From Eledone cirrhosa (lineage: Eukaryota): a stretch of DNA of 64,000 nucleotides. Positions 1 to 15,900 of the stretch are shown piece after piece. Each line of letters starts with the position of its first letter. The first letter of the stretch is position 1. The translations under genes were made by a program, and so were the position numbers. The notes beneath the pieces are model-generated. The model was not told the origin of the DNA and did no database searches. It was given only the letters and a program-made list of their open reading frames with translations. The stretch lies in the NCBI GenBank assembly GCA_964016885.1, contig OZ024762.1, forward strand, positions 24,614,001 through 24,678,000, written 5' to 3'.

Positions 1-166
1 CCACTGCAAAGTGGTCGTGGAGGTGCCACAGCAAAAAAGCACCCAGCACTCACTGTAAATGAGGTTGGTGTTAGGAAGGGCATCCAGCTGTAGAAATCAA
101 GCCAGCATCAGTTCCCGTCCCACCCTTGCAAGCAGGGAAAAAGCGGACGTAAAATGAAATGATGAT
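1..166 (+). mobile_element. 3' part of tRNA-derived CORE-like SINE (family 1)
   Basis: Near-identical to the 3' half of copies at 1851-2190, 3833-4164 and 22833-23161; ends in ...ggacgtaaaatgaaatgatgat tail. Confidence 0.8.
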
Positions 167-531
167 ATATGTATGTTTATATTTATATAAATATATATAT
201 TATAATAGAATATAAAAGAAAAATCAACATAGATATATAGATATATGTGTTCAAATCGTAAGGGACCGGATTCTCTAAGGGGAAAAGAATACTAACTATA
301 GACAATTGGGTTCACTTGTCTCAATTTAAGAAAATAAATACAAACCGGAATTGGGGTACCTACCAATCACCCAGACAACTTGTTGTAGAGGTAATGGATA
401 TACATACACACACATATATATATTTATAGTTATGTAATAAACAACATAAGGCAATTATTCCATTTACCAGTGGTTTCTTAAAAGCAAAAAATTTTGCTTT
501 CAATCCTCAGAATGTAAACAGACCAGGATTT

Positions 532-591
532 TTTCATTCTGAGGATTGAAAGCAAAATTTTTTGCTTTTAAGAAACCACTGGTAAATGGAA
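532..591 (+). ncRNA. Type-I hammerhead ribozyme motif (family A); antisense copy at 458-517
   Basis: tttcatt-CTGAGGA-[ttgaaagcaaaa/ttttgcttttaa hairpin]-GAAA-ccactg-GTA-aatggaa; stems I, II and III all pair. Confidence 0.75.
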
Positions 592-683
592 TAATTGCCT
601 TATGTTGTTTATTACATAACTATTAAGCTCTGTTACCTACATAGAGCACTCTTTTTTCCTGGACTTTTCCGACGGAATTACTT

Positions 684-718
<35 letters not shown>

Positions 719-1726
719 CGATATACATATATATATGTATATAATTATAGATACATTTTGAGTTCCTAACTGTATACCTTTGATATAAATATATATATGA
801 TTGTATGTATAGTATATTTGGTAATATACCTTATGTTTGATTAAAAACATTTAGAAGACCATTCGCTATCAGATTTAAAGTAGTGACTATGTCACTTACT
901 TATTTTCGGCAAAGGTGGGGGGAGAGGCTGACAGTTTGTTTCTCGCTGTTTGGCATTTATCAAAACTGCACACTCCCCTACTTTTACCAACAATTATAGA
1001 AGCTGGATTCTTATAGAATTACAGTAATAATGAGGAGCTGATTACACATCGATTGCTGGTCCAATATATATATATATATATTAGAGAGTGACAATAGGAA
1101 TTGCAGGTTTTTGTGGAACTTTATTTCATATTATAATAGCTTCTATATCAATAAGCTTGGGTTGGATCATAAATATATGCAGACATATATTTATATTTAT
1201 ATGTAGTTAGTAATATATATAATTATATATTGAGCTATACATATAGAAGAGAGGTAATGGATATACACACTAATATATATATAGAACGATATACATATAT
1301 ATATGTATATAATTATAGATACATTTACAAATATATAGATAGATAAATATATATAGATACATAGAGAAATATATATATATATTTATTTATTATACATATA
1401 TATACACATATAAATATATATTAATATGGACAGATTTATATATAGATATCCATATATATATATATACACATATGTAGATGAATGTATATATATATATATA
1501 TGTCTTTATAGAACTATATACACATATATATAATTATACATAGATAGATATATTTATATAGATACATAGAGAAATATATATATTCAGTTATATAGATATA
1601 TATTTATACATTAAGTATTTCTGTAGAAAAGAAGAGTGCTCAATGTATAGTACAGAGCTATTTCATTAGATAATAAACAATGCAATATAATTATTCCATT
1701 ACCATCTGGTGAAATAGTTATCTAAC

Positions 1727-1806
1727 TATTTCATCTGATGAATAGAGCAGACAAATCTGTAAGGATTGTCTAGTTTTTTTGAAACCACTGGTATGGTAAT
1801 GGAATA
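1727..1806 (+). ncRNA. Type-I hammerhead ribozyme motif (family A)
   Basis: tatttcat-CTGATGA-long stem II-GAAA-ccactggtatg-GTA-atggaata; an inverted partial copy of the downstream flank lies at about 1612-1712. Confidence 0.7.
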
Positions 1807-1850
1807 ATTATATTGTGTGGTTTATTATGTAATTAAATGTGTAGATAGGA

Positions 1851-2190
1851 ATCATCATCATCATCATCATCATCATTTTAAGTCTGCCTTTTCCCTGCTT
1901 GCAAGGGTGGGACGGGAACTGATTCTGGCTTGATTTATACAGTTGGATGCCCTTTCTAACACCAACCTCATTTACAGTGAGTGCTGGGTGTTTTTTTGCC
2001 GTGGCACCTCCACGACCACTTTGCAGTGGAATGATAGGGACCCCAGTCCTTATCATTTCATTTCTACAGCTGAGTAAACTGGAGCAATGTGAAATAAAGT
2101 GTCTTGCTCAAGGAAACAACACATCACCCGGTCTGAGAATTGAACTCACAACCTTTCGATTGCAAGGCCACTAACTAAGCCATGTGCCTC
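1851..2190 (-). mobile_element. CORE-like SINE (family 1)
   Basis: tRNA-like head, ccttgagcaagacac...ctcagctgtagaaatg core and (GAT)n tail on the minus strand. Confidence 0.8.
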
Positions 2191-2306
2191 AATATATATA
2201 TAGACATAGTATATCTATGTAGACATAGTATATATATATATATATATATAGTAATAATAATAAAATTGAAGACGATTCTTTGCTTAAACTTTAATCTGTT
2301 ATTTTA

Positions 2307-2349
<43 letters not shown>

Positions 2350-2429
2350 TATACATATATATTCATATGTGTATATATATAAATGTACATATATAGTTAT
2401 TGATATATATATATAGATGTATAGTTCAG

Positions 2430-3470
2430 CAACGAATTGTTCTTTTCCGCCCATTGGATAACAGCCAGTAGGTCTGACTGAAGGCATGTCCGGTCACCTA
2501 CTTCATTGATGACCTTCTGGAGCATGGAATCATCTACAACGTTTCTTGTTGCTGTGCTTGATGTCAGTCATGTCATTAAGGTAGATGATGAAAAGAAGTG
2601 GGCCCAACACAGTGCCTTATGGAATGCCACTACTGACTTTGGCTGGGCTTGATTTCACTCCCTTAAACAACATGTTGGGCTCTGTCTGTCAGGAAACAAT
2701 TGATCTACTGTTGTAACTTTCCAGAGATACCAATATTGGAGAGTTCTTTCAATAAAATCTTGTGATCAACCCTGTGAAATGTCTTGTTGAAATCAAGGTA
2801 GATGACATCAGTCTTGGAACCCTCTCCCAAAACTCTCTAAATGTCATCAAATTGATGCAGAAGCTGCGTTAGGCAGTCCCTTCCATTATGGAACCCATGT
2901 TGGTTGGAGTTCAGCAGTCTGTTTCTTTCGAGAAAGTGGGTTATTCGTGATCTCACCACCCTCTCAAATACTTTGAGGATATGAGAGGTGAGTGAGATCG
3001 GATGGTAGTTCACAGCAAAGGACTTATTTCCCCTTTTGAAAACTTTGACAGAAAATTTTCAGGAATATTACCAGTATCCAGTGATTATTACCAACATCAG
3101 GAATATTACCAGCATCAGGAATATTACCAGCATCCAGTGATTATTACCAGCATCAGGAATATTACCAGCATCCAGTGATTATTACCAGCATCCACAGATT
3201 AGCAAGAGGAGATGCAAGTTGGTGTTTATACACATTCAGGACACATATCAGGATTGCTAAAAACAGAGCAGTATTGTTTCTGCAGTATCTCACCCATGGT
3301 TTTGGCATTATCTTGGAGAGTGCCATCGGAGACAGTGACCTTGTGTTTTTTGGCAAATGAAAAGAACACTGGAGTTGAATTTGATTTTCTCAACAGCCCA
3401 TTTATCCTCAGCCGATCTTTGGTTGTTGATGATGGTCTTCATGCATTGTTGGAGGCTTTATGTTTCATAT
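2430..3470 (-). pseudogene. Decayed LINE reverse transcriptase fragment (CR1/L2/Jockey-like)
   Basis: Minus strand reads QHGFH, DVIYLDFNKTFHRVDHKIL and VSSGIP*GTVLGPLLFIIYLNDM; contains stops and a small tandem expansion at about 3060-3195. Confidence 0.75.
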
Positions 3471-3481
3471 GTGGGAATATA

Positions 3482-3521
<40 letters not shown>

Positions 3522-3585
3522 CATATCTGTATATATTTATATATAGATAAATATCACAACAGAAACATAAACCCTCCATCTCAAT

Positions 3586-3629
3586 TTTACTTTTGAAAAG
3601 CATAAGAACTGTGAAACCGGTAATGTAAA
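3586..3629 (+). ncRNA. Hammerhead variant with U3-A8 core (family E)
   Basis: tttactt-TTGAAAA-gcataagaactgt-GAAA-ccg-GTA-atgtaaa; stem III is the palindrome ACCGGT. Confidence 0.55.
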
Positions 3630-3832
3630 TAAATAAATATTCTTACAAGACTCCAGTTGCATTTTCAATTTCTTTTCTTTACATATATATATATATATAT
3701 ATTTATGGCCCTCCCAAAGTATAACAATATATATATTTAGATATACTGATATATATATATATTTAAGTGTATAGATATATTGAAACACGTGTCAATAAAT
3801 TCCTTTTACTGAACTGTATCCATTTAAATCCT

Positions 3833-4164
3833 TCATTTCAGTTTACGTCCACTTTTCCCTGCTTGCAAGGGTGGGACGGGAACTGATTCTGGCTTGATTT
3901 CTACAGCTGGATGCCCTTCCTAACACCAACCTCATTTACAGTGAGTGCTGGGTGCTTTTTTTACCGTGGCACCTCCACGACCACTTTGCAGTGGAATGAT
4001 ATGGACCCCAGTCCCTATCATCTCATTTCTACAGCTGAGTAAACTGTAGCAATGTGAAATAAAGTGTCTTGCTCAAGGAAACAACACATCACCCGGTCTG
4101 AGAATTGAACTCACAACCTTTCGATTGCAAGGCCAATGCTCTAACCACTAAGCCATGTGCCTCC
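3833..4164 (-). mobile_element. Full-length CORE-like SINE (family 1)
   Basis: Minus strand begins ggaggcacatggcttagtgg (A box), then gttcaattc (B box), core and tail. Confidence 0.85.
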
Positions 4165-4311
4165 ATACACATATATATATGTGTATATACATCAGAAGGA
4201 CTGTCCACTCCCAACTTAGCAGCATTGCTCAACCTCACATCTATCTCATTCTAATGATCTCTCTACCCCATCTGCATCTTTTTTTCTAATATCTCTCTCC
4301 ATAACTCTTAC

Positions 4312-4795
4312 TTGGCTAGGGTTGTAGCATGGCCTGGCTATTTAGATGGTGCTATAGCATGGCCAGGCTGTAACATAACCAGACTGTTTAAATGTTGTAG
4401 CATGGCCAGACGTCTTAAATTGCACTTTAGCATGGCCTGTCTGTTTTTGCTGTGCTGTAACATGGCCTGGCTATTTAGATGGTGCTATAGCATGGCCAGG
4501 CTGTAACATAACCAGACTGTTTAAATGTTGTAGCATGGCCAGACGTCTTAAATTGCACTTTAGCATGGCCTGTATGTTTTTGCTGTGCTGTAACATGGCC
4601 TGGCTATTTAGATGGTGCTATAGCATGGCCAGGCTGTAACATAACCAGACTGTTTAAATGTTGTAGCATGGCCAGACGTCTTAAATTGCACTTTAGCATG
4701 GCCTGTCTGTTTTTGCTGTGCTGTAACATGGCCAGACGATTTAGATGGTGCTGTAGCATGGCCTGACTGTTTAGATGGAGCGGCGTAGTACGGTC
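4312..4795. repeat. 30-bp minisatellite (…tgtagcatggcc…) with a 120-bp higher-order unit
   Basis: catggcc-type motif recurs every 30 bp; a 120-bp block is repeated about 3.5 times; related arrays at about 13900-13990 and 17385-17565. Confidence 0.85.
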
Positions 4796-5545
4796 TGGAT
4801 ACTTGGAACTTGTGCCTCGAAATTTCGCGCATGCGCATTCAACTCCATCCAAACAAGGAAGAAAAACAAATGGCCGTCAGTTAGTAGAATTTTTCAAGCT
4901 GTACAAAACTCTTGCTAAATGGATTAACAATGGACAATAGCAGCTTTCTGAAAGGTAACGAAGATTTTCATATTATGTTGTGATATTTTAGTAAATCTTT
5001 CCTCTTTAGCTCCTTGCTAAATGGTATAAAAAGAGACTTACAGTTTTCTGAAAGGTAACGTGGATTTTTATATTATGTTGAGATATTTTGGTAAATCTTT
5101 CCTCCTTAGTTCCCGTCATAATCAACCATTTTAACAGCAGTTTTTCTCTTCTTACCGTATTTCGAATGAAATACACAGACCACGTGTTCCCAATTCATGT
5201 TGAAAATAAACAATAAAATTCAACCTGTTTCTTTTTTATTCACAAAAAATGTCATCTGGTATAGTTGTTTTAAAAACTGTTCCTAGTTTTCCCTGTAGCA
5301 GCTCTGTTGTCTTTAACAAATATTTTCGGTGTATTTAAATGCTTCTGTCACTTCTGTCAATATTGATATCAAAGATCGTAAATTGTTGATTCAATTCTTC
5401 AGCAGTGTTAAATATTTTCTGAAACTGTTGTAAATTAATTTTGTATTCTGGAGCAGATTCTAGGGATGTGTGTCCCATATGAGGTTATCTCGGGTATTTT
5501 AAAGATAGGGTCCACAGACCAATTGCCTGATCTCCACACCCTATA
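4312..5545 (-). mobile_element. Unidentified two-ORF repeat, copy 1 (others at about 7360-8100 -, 13460-14600 +, 16410-17570 +)
   Basis: Long shared sequence blocks between the four loci, with decayed reading frames KINLQQFQKIF…EELNQQ and GGKIY.NIST.YKN.RY.SE. Confidence 0.6.
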
Positions 5546-6619
5546 TATATATATATATATATATATAGTAGACTGTTAGGGCCAGACGGCTGAGGTCTTG
5601 CCGTACTTTCTGAATTATGGCTTTACTTGTTTAAACTGGTAATATCCTGCTCTTTCTCTCTCTCTCTCTATATATATATATATTTAATACAAATACAGAG
5701 ATAGCTTAAAGCTAAACTCTGACTGGTAACCATCTCACTCAACAAACATTAGGTTATATGTTAGTATAAACCTAATTTAAGTGTTTGGGGTGCTAACTAT
5801 ATGTATTTTGTGGAAAGCCAGTTGTATTATTTTATGAGATATAATTAAAGTTAAAATATATCTCTCTTTCCAAACAATTGTTTCATTATAAGTTTTCTAC
5901 AAATTGGGAGAATGTTTCCAGTTTATGTAGAAGCCTAACATATATTCAAGTAAGAATATATTTAGGTGGGCGCTATATATATGTATATATAATGGAAAAT
6001 TTGAGCAGGAACAAAACAGAGAGGCAGTACAACGAATGTTTATTAATTTCACGCTCTGGAGAGTGGGGTGATGTGTGTGTGTGTGACACGTCGCTCTTCA
6101 GCGCTACTGGTAACATGTAACCCAATACGTCCTGTGCATGATCGGGTCGTCGGTGACCTAACCGGTTGTTTTAATAATAGGGCCCACAGTCCAATTACTC
6201 GAGATCTCCGCCCCCTACACACATATATGTTAGGTAGGTGGGTAATTACAGTTAGAGGTGGTGTGAATGTGTTTTTGCAAATATAAACTCATATCTGATG
6301 AGATATCGAGTCCCGGTCATTATGCTTGTACACAGAGCTGATCGATTTTGAACTGATTCTAATATCAATAAAGTTCATATATATGCTGCTATTGACTTCG
6401 ATACTTCTTATACATACATACACACACACACACATATATATATGAAAAGATTCAGGACCCGACAGCCAGATCCCAACGGATCTAGCTGTCGGAGCTCAGC
6501 CGTCGGGGTCCTGAATCTTTTCATATTACCCACTCTATTACCCCCAAGTATCGAGTACTCTGGTGCGCTATGGTCCACCTGGTATTTTACCACACACACC
6601 CTCATATATATAGGCATAA

Positions 6620-7310
6620 TTACGTCTTCAAGACGATGTTCCACATGCATTCACCTTCGGTGAACATGGCCCTCACCAGTAAGTTCTGATGTCATCATAC
6701 TGTTTCCAACGTTCATTAGGTGTCTTGACCCTCAACCATAGCACCTTCTCACTGGTGGCTCCATCTTTGCCTCCTGACTTCCGGCTTATCTCTTCTCACC
6801 TGCTTCAAAACGAAAAGGAAGCTTTTTCTGCGATCTGCCGCCGTCTCTCTTGTCATTCCAATGGCAGTGAGCCGGGAATATCCTGCAGCCCACCTCCACT
6901 GGAAATAGCCATGGGTCTGCACGTTCATTGCAGACCCTCTCATTGCTGTGCTGGCAGGCACGGCCGCAGCTGAAGATCTGGTCAGGGTTTAATGATTTGG
7001 CGTTGTGCTTTCTGTCCTTATGAATGTCTCGAAAGAGGAGACAGCATTATTGATGTTGAGACGCCAGGCTTCACAGTTCTCAGTTAGGGTAGATCACTGG
7101 CACCAAGGGACTTTATTTAACAGTCCTTGTATCGCTTCCTTGGTGCCCTTCTGTCACGATGGCCTGTGGAGAGTTGGCCGTGATCCTTCATCCTGGAGAC
7201 GTTCCCTGCTCAGCATAAGGACATCAAAATTGGTGACAAATTCTCTCCAGTGGATTATGTGGAGGTAGCGCTCGAGGAGTCGAAGGTGATAAGTGACCCA
7301 TCACTCTGAG
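6620..7310 (-). pseudogene. RTE-clade LINE 3' fragment
   Basis: Minus strand reads LRLLERYLHIIHWREFVTNFDVL and GQLSTGHRDRRAPRKRYKDC, typical of the RTE C-terminal region. Confidence 0.6.
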
Positions 7311-8269
7311 CCACTCTGATCTTGGTACTCTTCTTCGCTTGTTTGTACAGTCTACCAACGTAGATTTTTATATTATGTTTAGATATTTATAATCAACCAT
7401 TTTAACAGCAGTCTTTCTCTTCTTACCGTATTTCTAATGGAATACACAGACCATTTGGTCTAATTCATATTGAAAATAAACAATAACATCTAGGGATTTG
7501 ATAATAATTTCTTTATTATCGGCCACAAGGGCCGAACATAGAGGACAATACTCAGACAGAGGACAATGAGGGTTTACATATATTCGAGTAAAAATTATGA
7601 ACAAAAACAATTAAGAAAAATTATCATCAATAGAATTCCCCAATACGGGGGAGGGGCATGCCATCCTCGCAGCAATCACCCACCTTTAAAAAAAATCTAG
7701 GGATTTAATAATAAAATTCAACATGTTTCCTTTTTATTCACAAAAAATGTATTTACTTTATTTTTTAAAAATTCTTCCTAGTTTTCCCTGTAACAGCTCT
7801 GTTGTCTTTAGCAAATATTTTCGATGTATTTAAATACTTCTTTCAAGATTGAGATAAAAAACCGTAAATTGTTGATTCAATTCTTCAGCAGTGTTAAGTA
7901 TTTTCTGAAACAGTTGTAAATTAATTTTGTATTCTGGAGCAGATTCTAGGGATGAGGTTTTCTCGGGTATTTTAACGATAGGGTCCACAGTCCAATTGCC
8001 CGATCCCCGCCCCCTATATATATATATAAGACTGTTAGGGCCAGACGGCCGAGGTCTTGCCGTCCTTTCTGAAGAGCTGCATCTAGGGGTATGTGTCTAA
8101 TATGAGACACTTATATGATATGTAAGTTCGTAATTACAGGCGAAATGAATGTGTTTTGCACATATAAACTCGCATATCAGATGGGATGTCAGGCCTCGAT
8201 CATTATGATTGTACAAAGATCTGATCGATATTGAAATGATTGTAATTGACAGATCCTGATTATGCATAT

Positions 8270-8750
8270 CGGGCTTACAATCGGAAGGTTGCGAGTTCGA
8301 TTCTCGGACCGGGCTTTGCGTTGTGTTCCTGAGCAAGACACATTATTTTACGTTGCTCCAGGGCGGTGGATTGGCAGTATCGGTAGAGGGTCGGACGCCA
8401 TGCTTTCCAGCATAGTTACGTCCCTTTACGATCTGAGTTCAAATCCCGCCGAGGTTGACTTTGCCTTTCATCCTTACGGGGTCGATAAAATAAAGTACCA
8501 GTAATGCACTGGATTATTTGCTGGCCTTGTGCCTAAAGTAGAAACAATTATTTTACGTTGCTCCAGTTCACTCAGCTGTAGAAATGAGTTGTGACGTCAC
8601 TGGTGTATAAGCCTTTCCCTTGGACAACATCAGTGGCGTGGAGAGGGGGAGACTGGTGTGCATGGGTGACTGCTGGTCTTCCACAATAAACTTGCCAAGA
8701 CCTTTGCCTGCAAATCCCATGGTCTTTCGTGACCGAAGGGGTCTTTACCC
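8270..8750 (+). mobile_element. CORE-like SINE interrupted by a Meta-like SINE
   Basis: B box gttcgattc and core cctgagcaagacac; the core resumes after the insert with ttcactcagctgtagaaatgag. Confidence 0.75.
8362..8546 (+). mobile_element. tRNA-derived Meta-like SINE (family 2) with 20-bp target-site duplication
   Basis: A box tggcagtatcgg, B box gttcaaatcc, domain gactttgcctttcatccttacggggtcgataaaataaagtaccag; attattttacgttgctccag at 8342-8361 and 8547-8566. Confidence 0.85.
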
Positions 8751-9592
8751 ATTATATATATATATATATATATTTTAATTTTAATTGTATCTCATATAAA
8801 ATAATACAACTGGCTTTCCACAAAATACGTATAGTTAGCACCCCAAACATATAATTGGGATTATACTAAGGTATATCCTAATGTTTGTTGAGTGAGATGG
8901 TAGCCAGTCAGAGTATAGCTCAAGGCTTTCTCTGTTTATGTATTGTATATCCAGGGTTTAATCGGGGGTAACCACACTAAGTTACTCAATACAAAGCAGC
9001 GTATAAATATTTTATATAGAAAAGCTTCTACAAGACTAGAAGCTTTTCTATATAAATATATATATATATGTGTGCCTAATTACATCACCAAGAAAATGCC
9101 TTACAATCATTCACCTTTCGTGCAAGGAAGAGAACCTATTCCGAGGCTAAGCTTTGTAGGTCTCCCTAAAAGGATGGGCCTGTCTTTTAACGTCCCTTAT
9201 ATACAGTAACTCTGGTAGCATGTTGAATTTTCTATGGTTACTGTCTCGATAGAGGGTCAAAGTAGCGATCTCGCTATAGAGTATATTGTGGTAGCTGTCC
9301 CTCCATACGGCCGACAGTTATATCTAAGGATGGGTCTGTCTTTTAACGTTCCTGATCCACAATTACTTCCCTTTGTTCCGTTTGCATATATTAATTTTTT
9401 TTTTTTTTTAAACAAAATCTTTCAAAAGTATCACTAATTGACTCAGTAGAATTGCGTCTCGGACTCCCAGTCTACGTGGCTGGCGTACGATTGCTTTTGG
9501 GGCCGGCACATCGATGCATGGCCCGTCCCAGACCACCGTGAAGAATTTTTTTTTCAAAATTATTTTTCTAATATGCAAATGAACCTTGAAGG

Positions 9593-12611
<3,019 letters not shown>

Positions 12612-13150
12612 AGGAGACTGTTTAGATTCGAACCTTCTTACTTAGATTCTAAGAACCCCTGAAGACAGTTGGATACTTAGATACTTCTTATTACATTCTA
12701 AATTTGACTCTTGGATTCTAACCCTTGATACTTCTTACTAGATTCTTGACTTACTTAGATTCGAACCTTTTGATACTTTCTTTACATTCTTGATACTTAG
12801 AATCCATGATGGTTACTACATTCTTGGAAGACAGTTTGATTAGAACTTTAGATACTTCTTACTACATTCTTGACTTATCTAGATTCGAACCTTAGATACT
12901 TCTTACTACATTCTTGCCTTACTTAGATTCGAATCCTTAATGATACTTTCTACATAGTTGACATTATTTATTGATACTTACTATTTGGGACGACTGTTAG
13001 ATTCGAACTTTTGGTAGTTCTTTCTTTAAATTTCTTTTCTCATTGTTGATATTTTCCATTTTCTTTTCTTAGATTCGAACCATTGATGACACTGTCTACA
13101 TTGTTTATTTGACAACCATTTTTGGAACGACGGGTGGATTCGAAACCTTG
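12612..13150. repeat. Degenerate tandem repeat containing ttagattcgaacc / gatacttcttactacattctt motifs
   Basis: About 7 copies of gattcgaa plus variants. Confidence 0.7.
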
Positions 13151-14887
13151 ATGAGGCTGTTTAAACCTTCATTCCAGGAATGAATAAACAAACAACACAA
13201 TAAAGAATATGATACAATTGTTTTATTACAAACTTAGTTTATTCTGTGGAACAGTTGTGTGGCTGGACATCTGTAAAGAAGGAACATAAGAGAAGAATTA
13301 AACAATATTTCTCGTGTATTTAAATACATTTTTGTCAATAAAAACATTAAATTCTATTTTACGAAGTTCTTGTAATTTATTATTGATGTTCATAATTAAT
13401 TGAAACAACAATAAAATATATTAATATGTATGTGTAATGTGCATGTATATATCAGTTTTAATGAGGATATTAACCACGGGGTCTGAATTTCGTTTATGTA
13501 CGTTCTAACGAGGAGCAAGACAAAAAGATAAGATTCCCCCACCAACAAAGTCAAATGGGAGAAAAAGGGTTTAAAACATAGATGGTGAACAGCTAAGAAT
13601 ACGTTAACAAGAGAACTAGGTAAGTGTAAATTGTAGATCATACGAAGGGGACTACGGAGGAAAGGTTTACAAAAATATCTCAACAGAATATAAAAATCTA
13701 CGTTACCATTCAGAAAGCTGCTATTGTCCATTGCTAAACCATTTAGCAAGAATTTTTGTAAAGCTGATATTGTCCATTGTTAAAGAACAAGAGTTTTTGT
13801 AAAGCTTGTAAAATTCTACAGACTGATGGCCAGCCATTTTTTTTCTTGTTTTGGATGGAGTTGAATGCGAAAGCGCGAGATTTAGAAACGCAGTGCGCAT
13901 GTTCTAAGTATCCTGGCCATACTACAGCACCGTCTAAGATTAATGGCCATGCTACGGCACCATCTAAACAGTTTGGCAATGTTACAGCACTAGAAGTTAA
14001 TCTATAATTACGAACATACATAATTCTCAGGGAGAGTCAGCATTATAAGACTGGCCATTTGAATTACAGCTGACAGACTTCTATACAGAGGAAGAAAGTG
14101 ATCGAAAAACTGAAATGATTTTACAATTGTTTTTGTTTTATGGCCAATATAATTCAGCTGAAATATTCAGCACGAGTATTAGCAATAGGGGGGGGGGGGG
14201 GGTAACCTTGTGATCGAGTTTTGTACTCTGTCTTATTACGGTATAAGCTTCCGGGCTCGCGACAGACCACAGAACGTCCACTCTCTTCTCCACATACTTT
14301 GGGAATTTAAGGCAACAAGACAATCGCCGATTAACTAACAATGTTAAATGGTAATTACAGTTTTAGAAAATATTTAACACTGGTGAAGAATTGAATCAAC
14401 AATTTACGGTCTTTGATCTCAATCTTGAAAGTAGCATTTAAATCCACCGAAATATTTGCTAAAGATAACAGAGCTGCTGCAGGGAAATCTACAAAGCGTT
14501 TTAAAATAAATTATACTAAATATATTTTCTCTGAATAAAAAAGAAAGACGTTGAATTTTATTATTAAATCCCTACATTTTATTGTTTATTTTCAACATTC
14601 ATTTTGTGAATAAAAAACAAACACATAGGTTTTTCATTTTTTAATAATATAACAATAGTGCATAAGTAAATATATCCTACATGCCACCACCATAGACGAT
14701 ACTTAAGGGCACCGGAGCTACAGAGGATGGCAAGGGAGAGGTACTGAAACAATTACTGCACCTCGCGGGGCTCACACTTGTGGGTAGCTAAGTCCGCCCC
14801 GATAGCCGTGCGTGTAACCACTATGGGAAGAAATACTGAGGGTTGGTGTCTGAGAAAAAAGGCTGTTCAAATGGTTGATATAATAAT

Positions 14888-14980
14888 TGTTTCTACTTTA
14901 GGCACAAGGCCAGCAATTACCTAGTGCATTACTGGTACTTTATTTTATCGACCCCGTAAGGATGAAAGGCAAAGTCAACC
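14888..14980 (-). mobile_element. 5'-truncated Meta-like SINE with 18-bp TSD
   Basis: Flanked by aatggttgatataataat on both sides; an empty paralogous site lies near 16010-16045. Confidence 0.8.
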
Positions 14981-15705
14981 AATGGTTGATATAATAATGA
15001 TAATAATAATGAAATTATTGTGCTCAGGTGTACTACAACTCACCAAAGGTGCATGTATATATCTAAAGTCTATCCCAAGCCCCTACCTGAACAATAGTCA
15101 CCTTACGCCACCTGCACAGGACACCAGTCTATCACAGGGTTACACCTCATAATACTACTGGTACTCATGTTCAACTAAGTATACTGGACCAACGTGAAGA
15201 GTTTTGCTTAAGAACACAACACGATCTAGGAATTGAATTTATCACATTATGATCGTAAGTCCAACACTGTAACCACTATGGGAAGAAATACTGAAGTTTG
15301 ACATGGTCTGTGACAAGACTGACTCAATTACAGCTACAGTCCATCTTACAGGCTTCCAGGCAGTTTCTGTCCACCAAACTTCACCCACATGACATGAGTC
15401 AACTGGAGGTCATGATGAGACTTACCCAAGATCTTCCTCTCTAACCTAATGATTGGGGACAGACATATAGAGAAATTAGGCTTCCAGGTCAAAGTTCTCA
15501 CCCCACAAACTGGAGTGAGGTTTGGTAGAAATATCTGCCTACAATCTCATGAAATATCTCTGAGTAACTGCATGGAACAGGACCAAAGTACTAAAGACAA
15601 TAGCAGAGAGGAGTTCTAGCTGGATCTGGTAGAGGAAGAACAACAAAGGCGATCTTCATCCAAAACAAGTTAACGATAGCCAGGTGGTTTTATTATTAAA
15701 TTCTT

Positions 15706-15900
15706 TCGCGGTAGTGAATTAGCAGCCTCGGTAGAGCGTCGGACAATATGATTTACAGCATAGAGTTACGGCCATTTACGTTCTGAGTTCAAATCCTGTC
15801 TAGGTTACCTTTGCCTTTCACCCTTACGGGGTCGATAAATAAAGCACCAGTAATTTACTGGGGTCGAAATTACTGGCCTTGTGTCTATACTAGAAATCAT
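15706..15900 (+). mobile_element. Older Meta-like SINE
   Basis: Diverged copy of 8362-8546. Confidence 0.75.
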
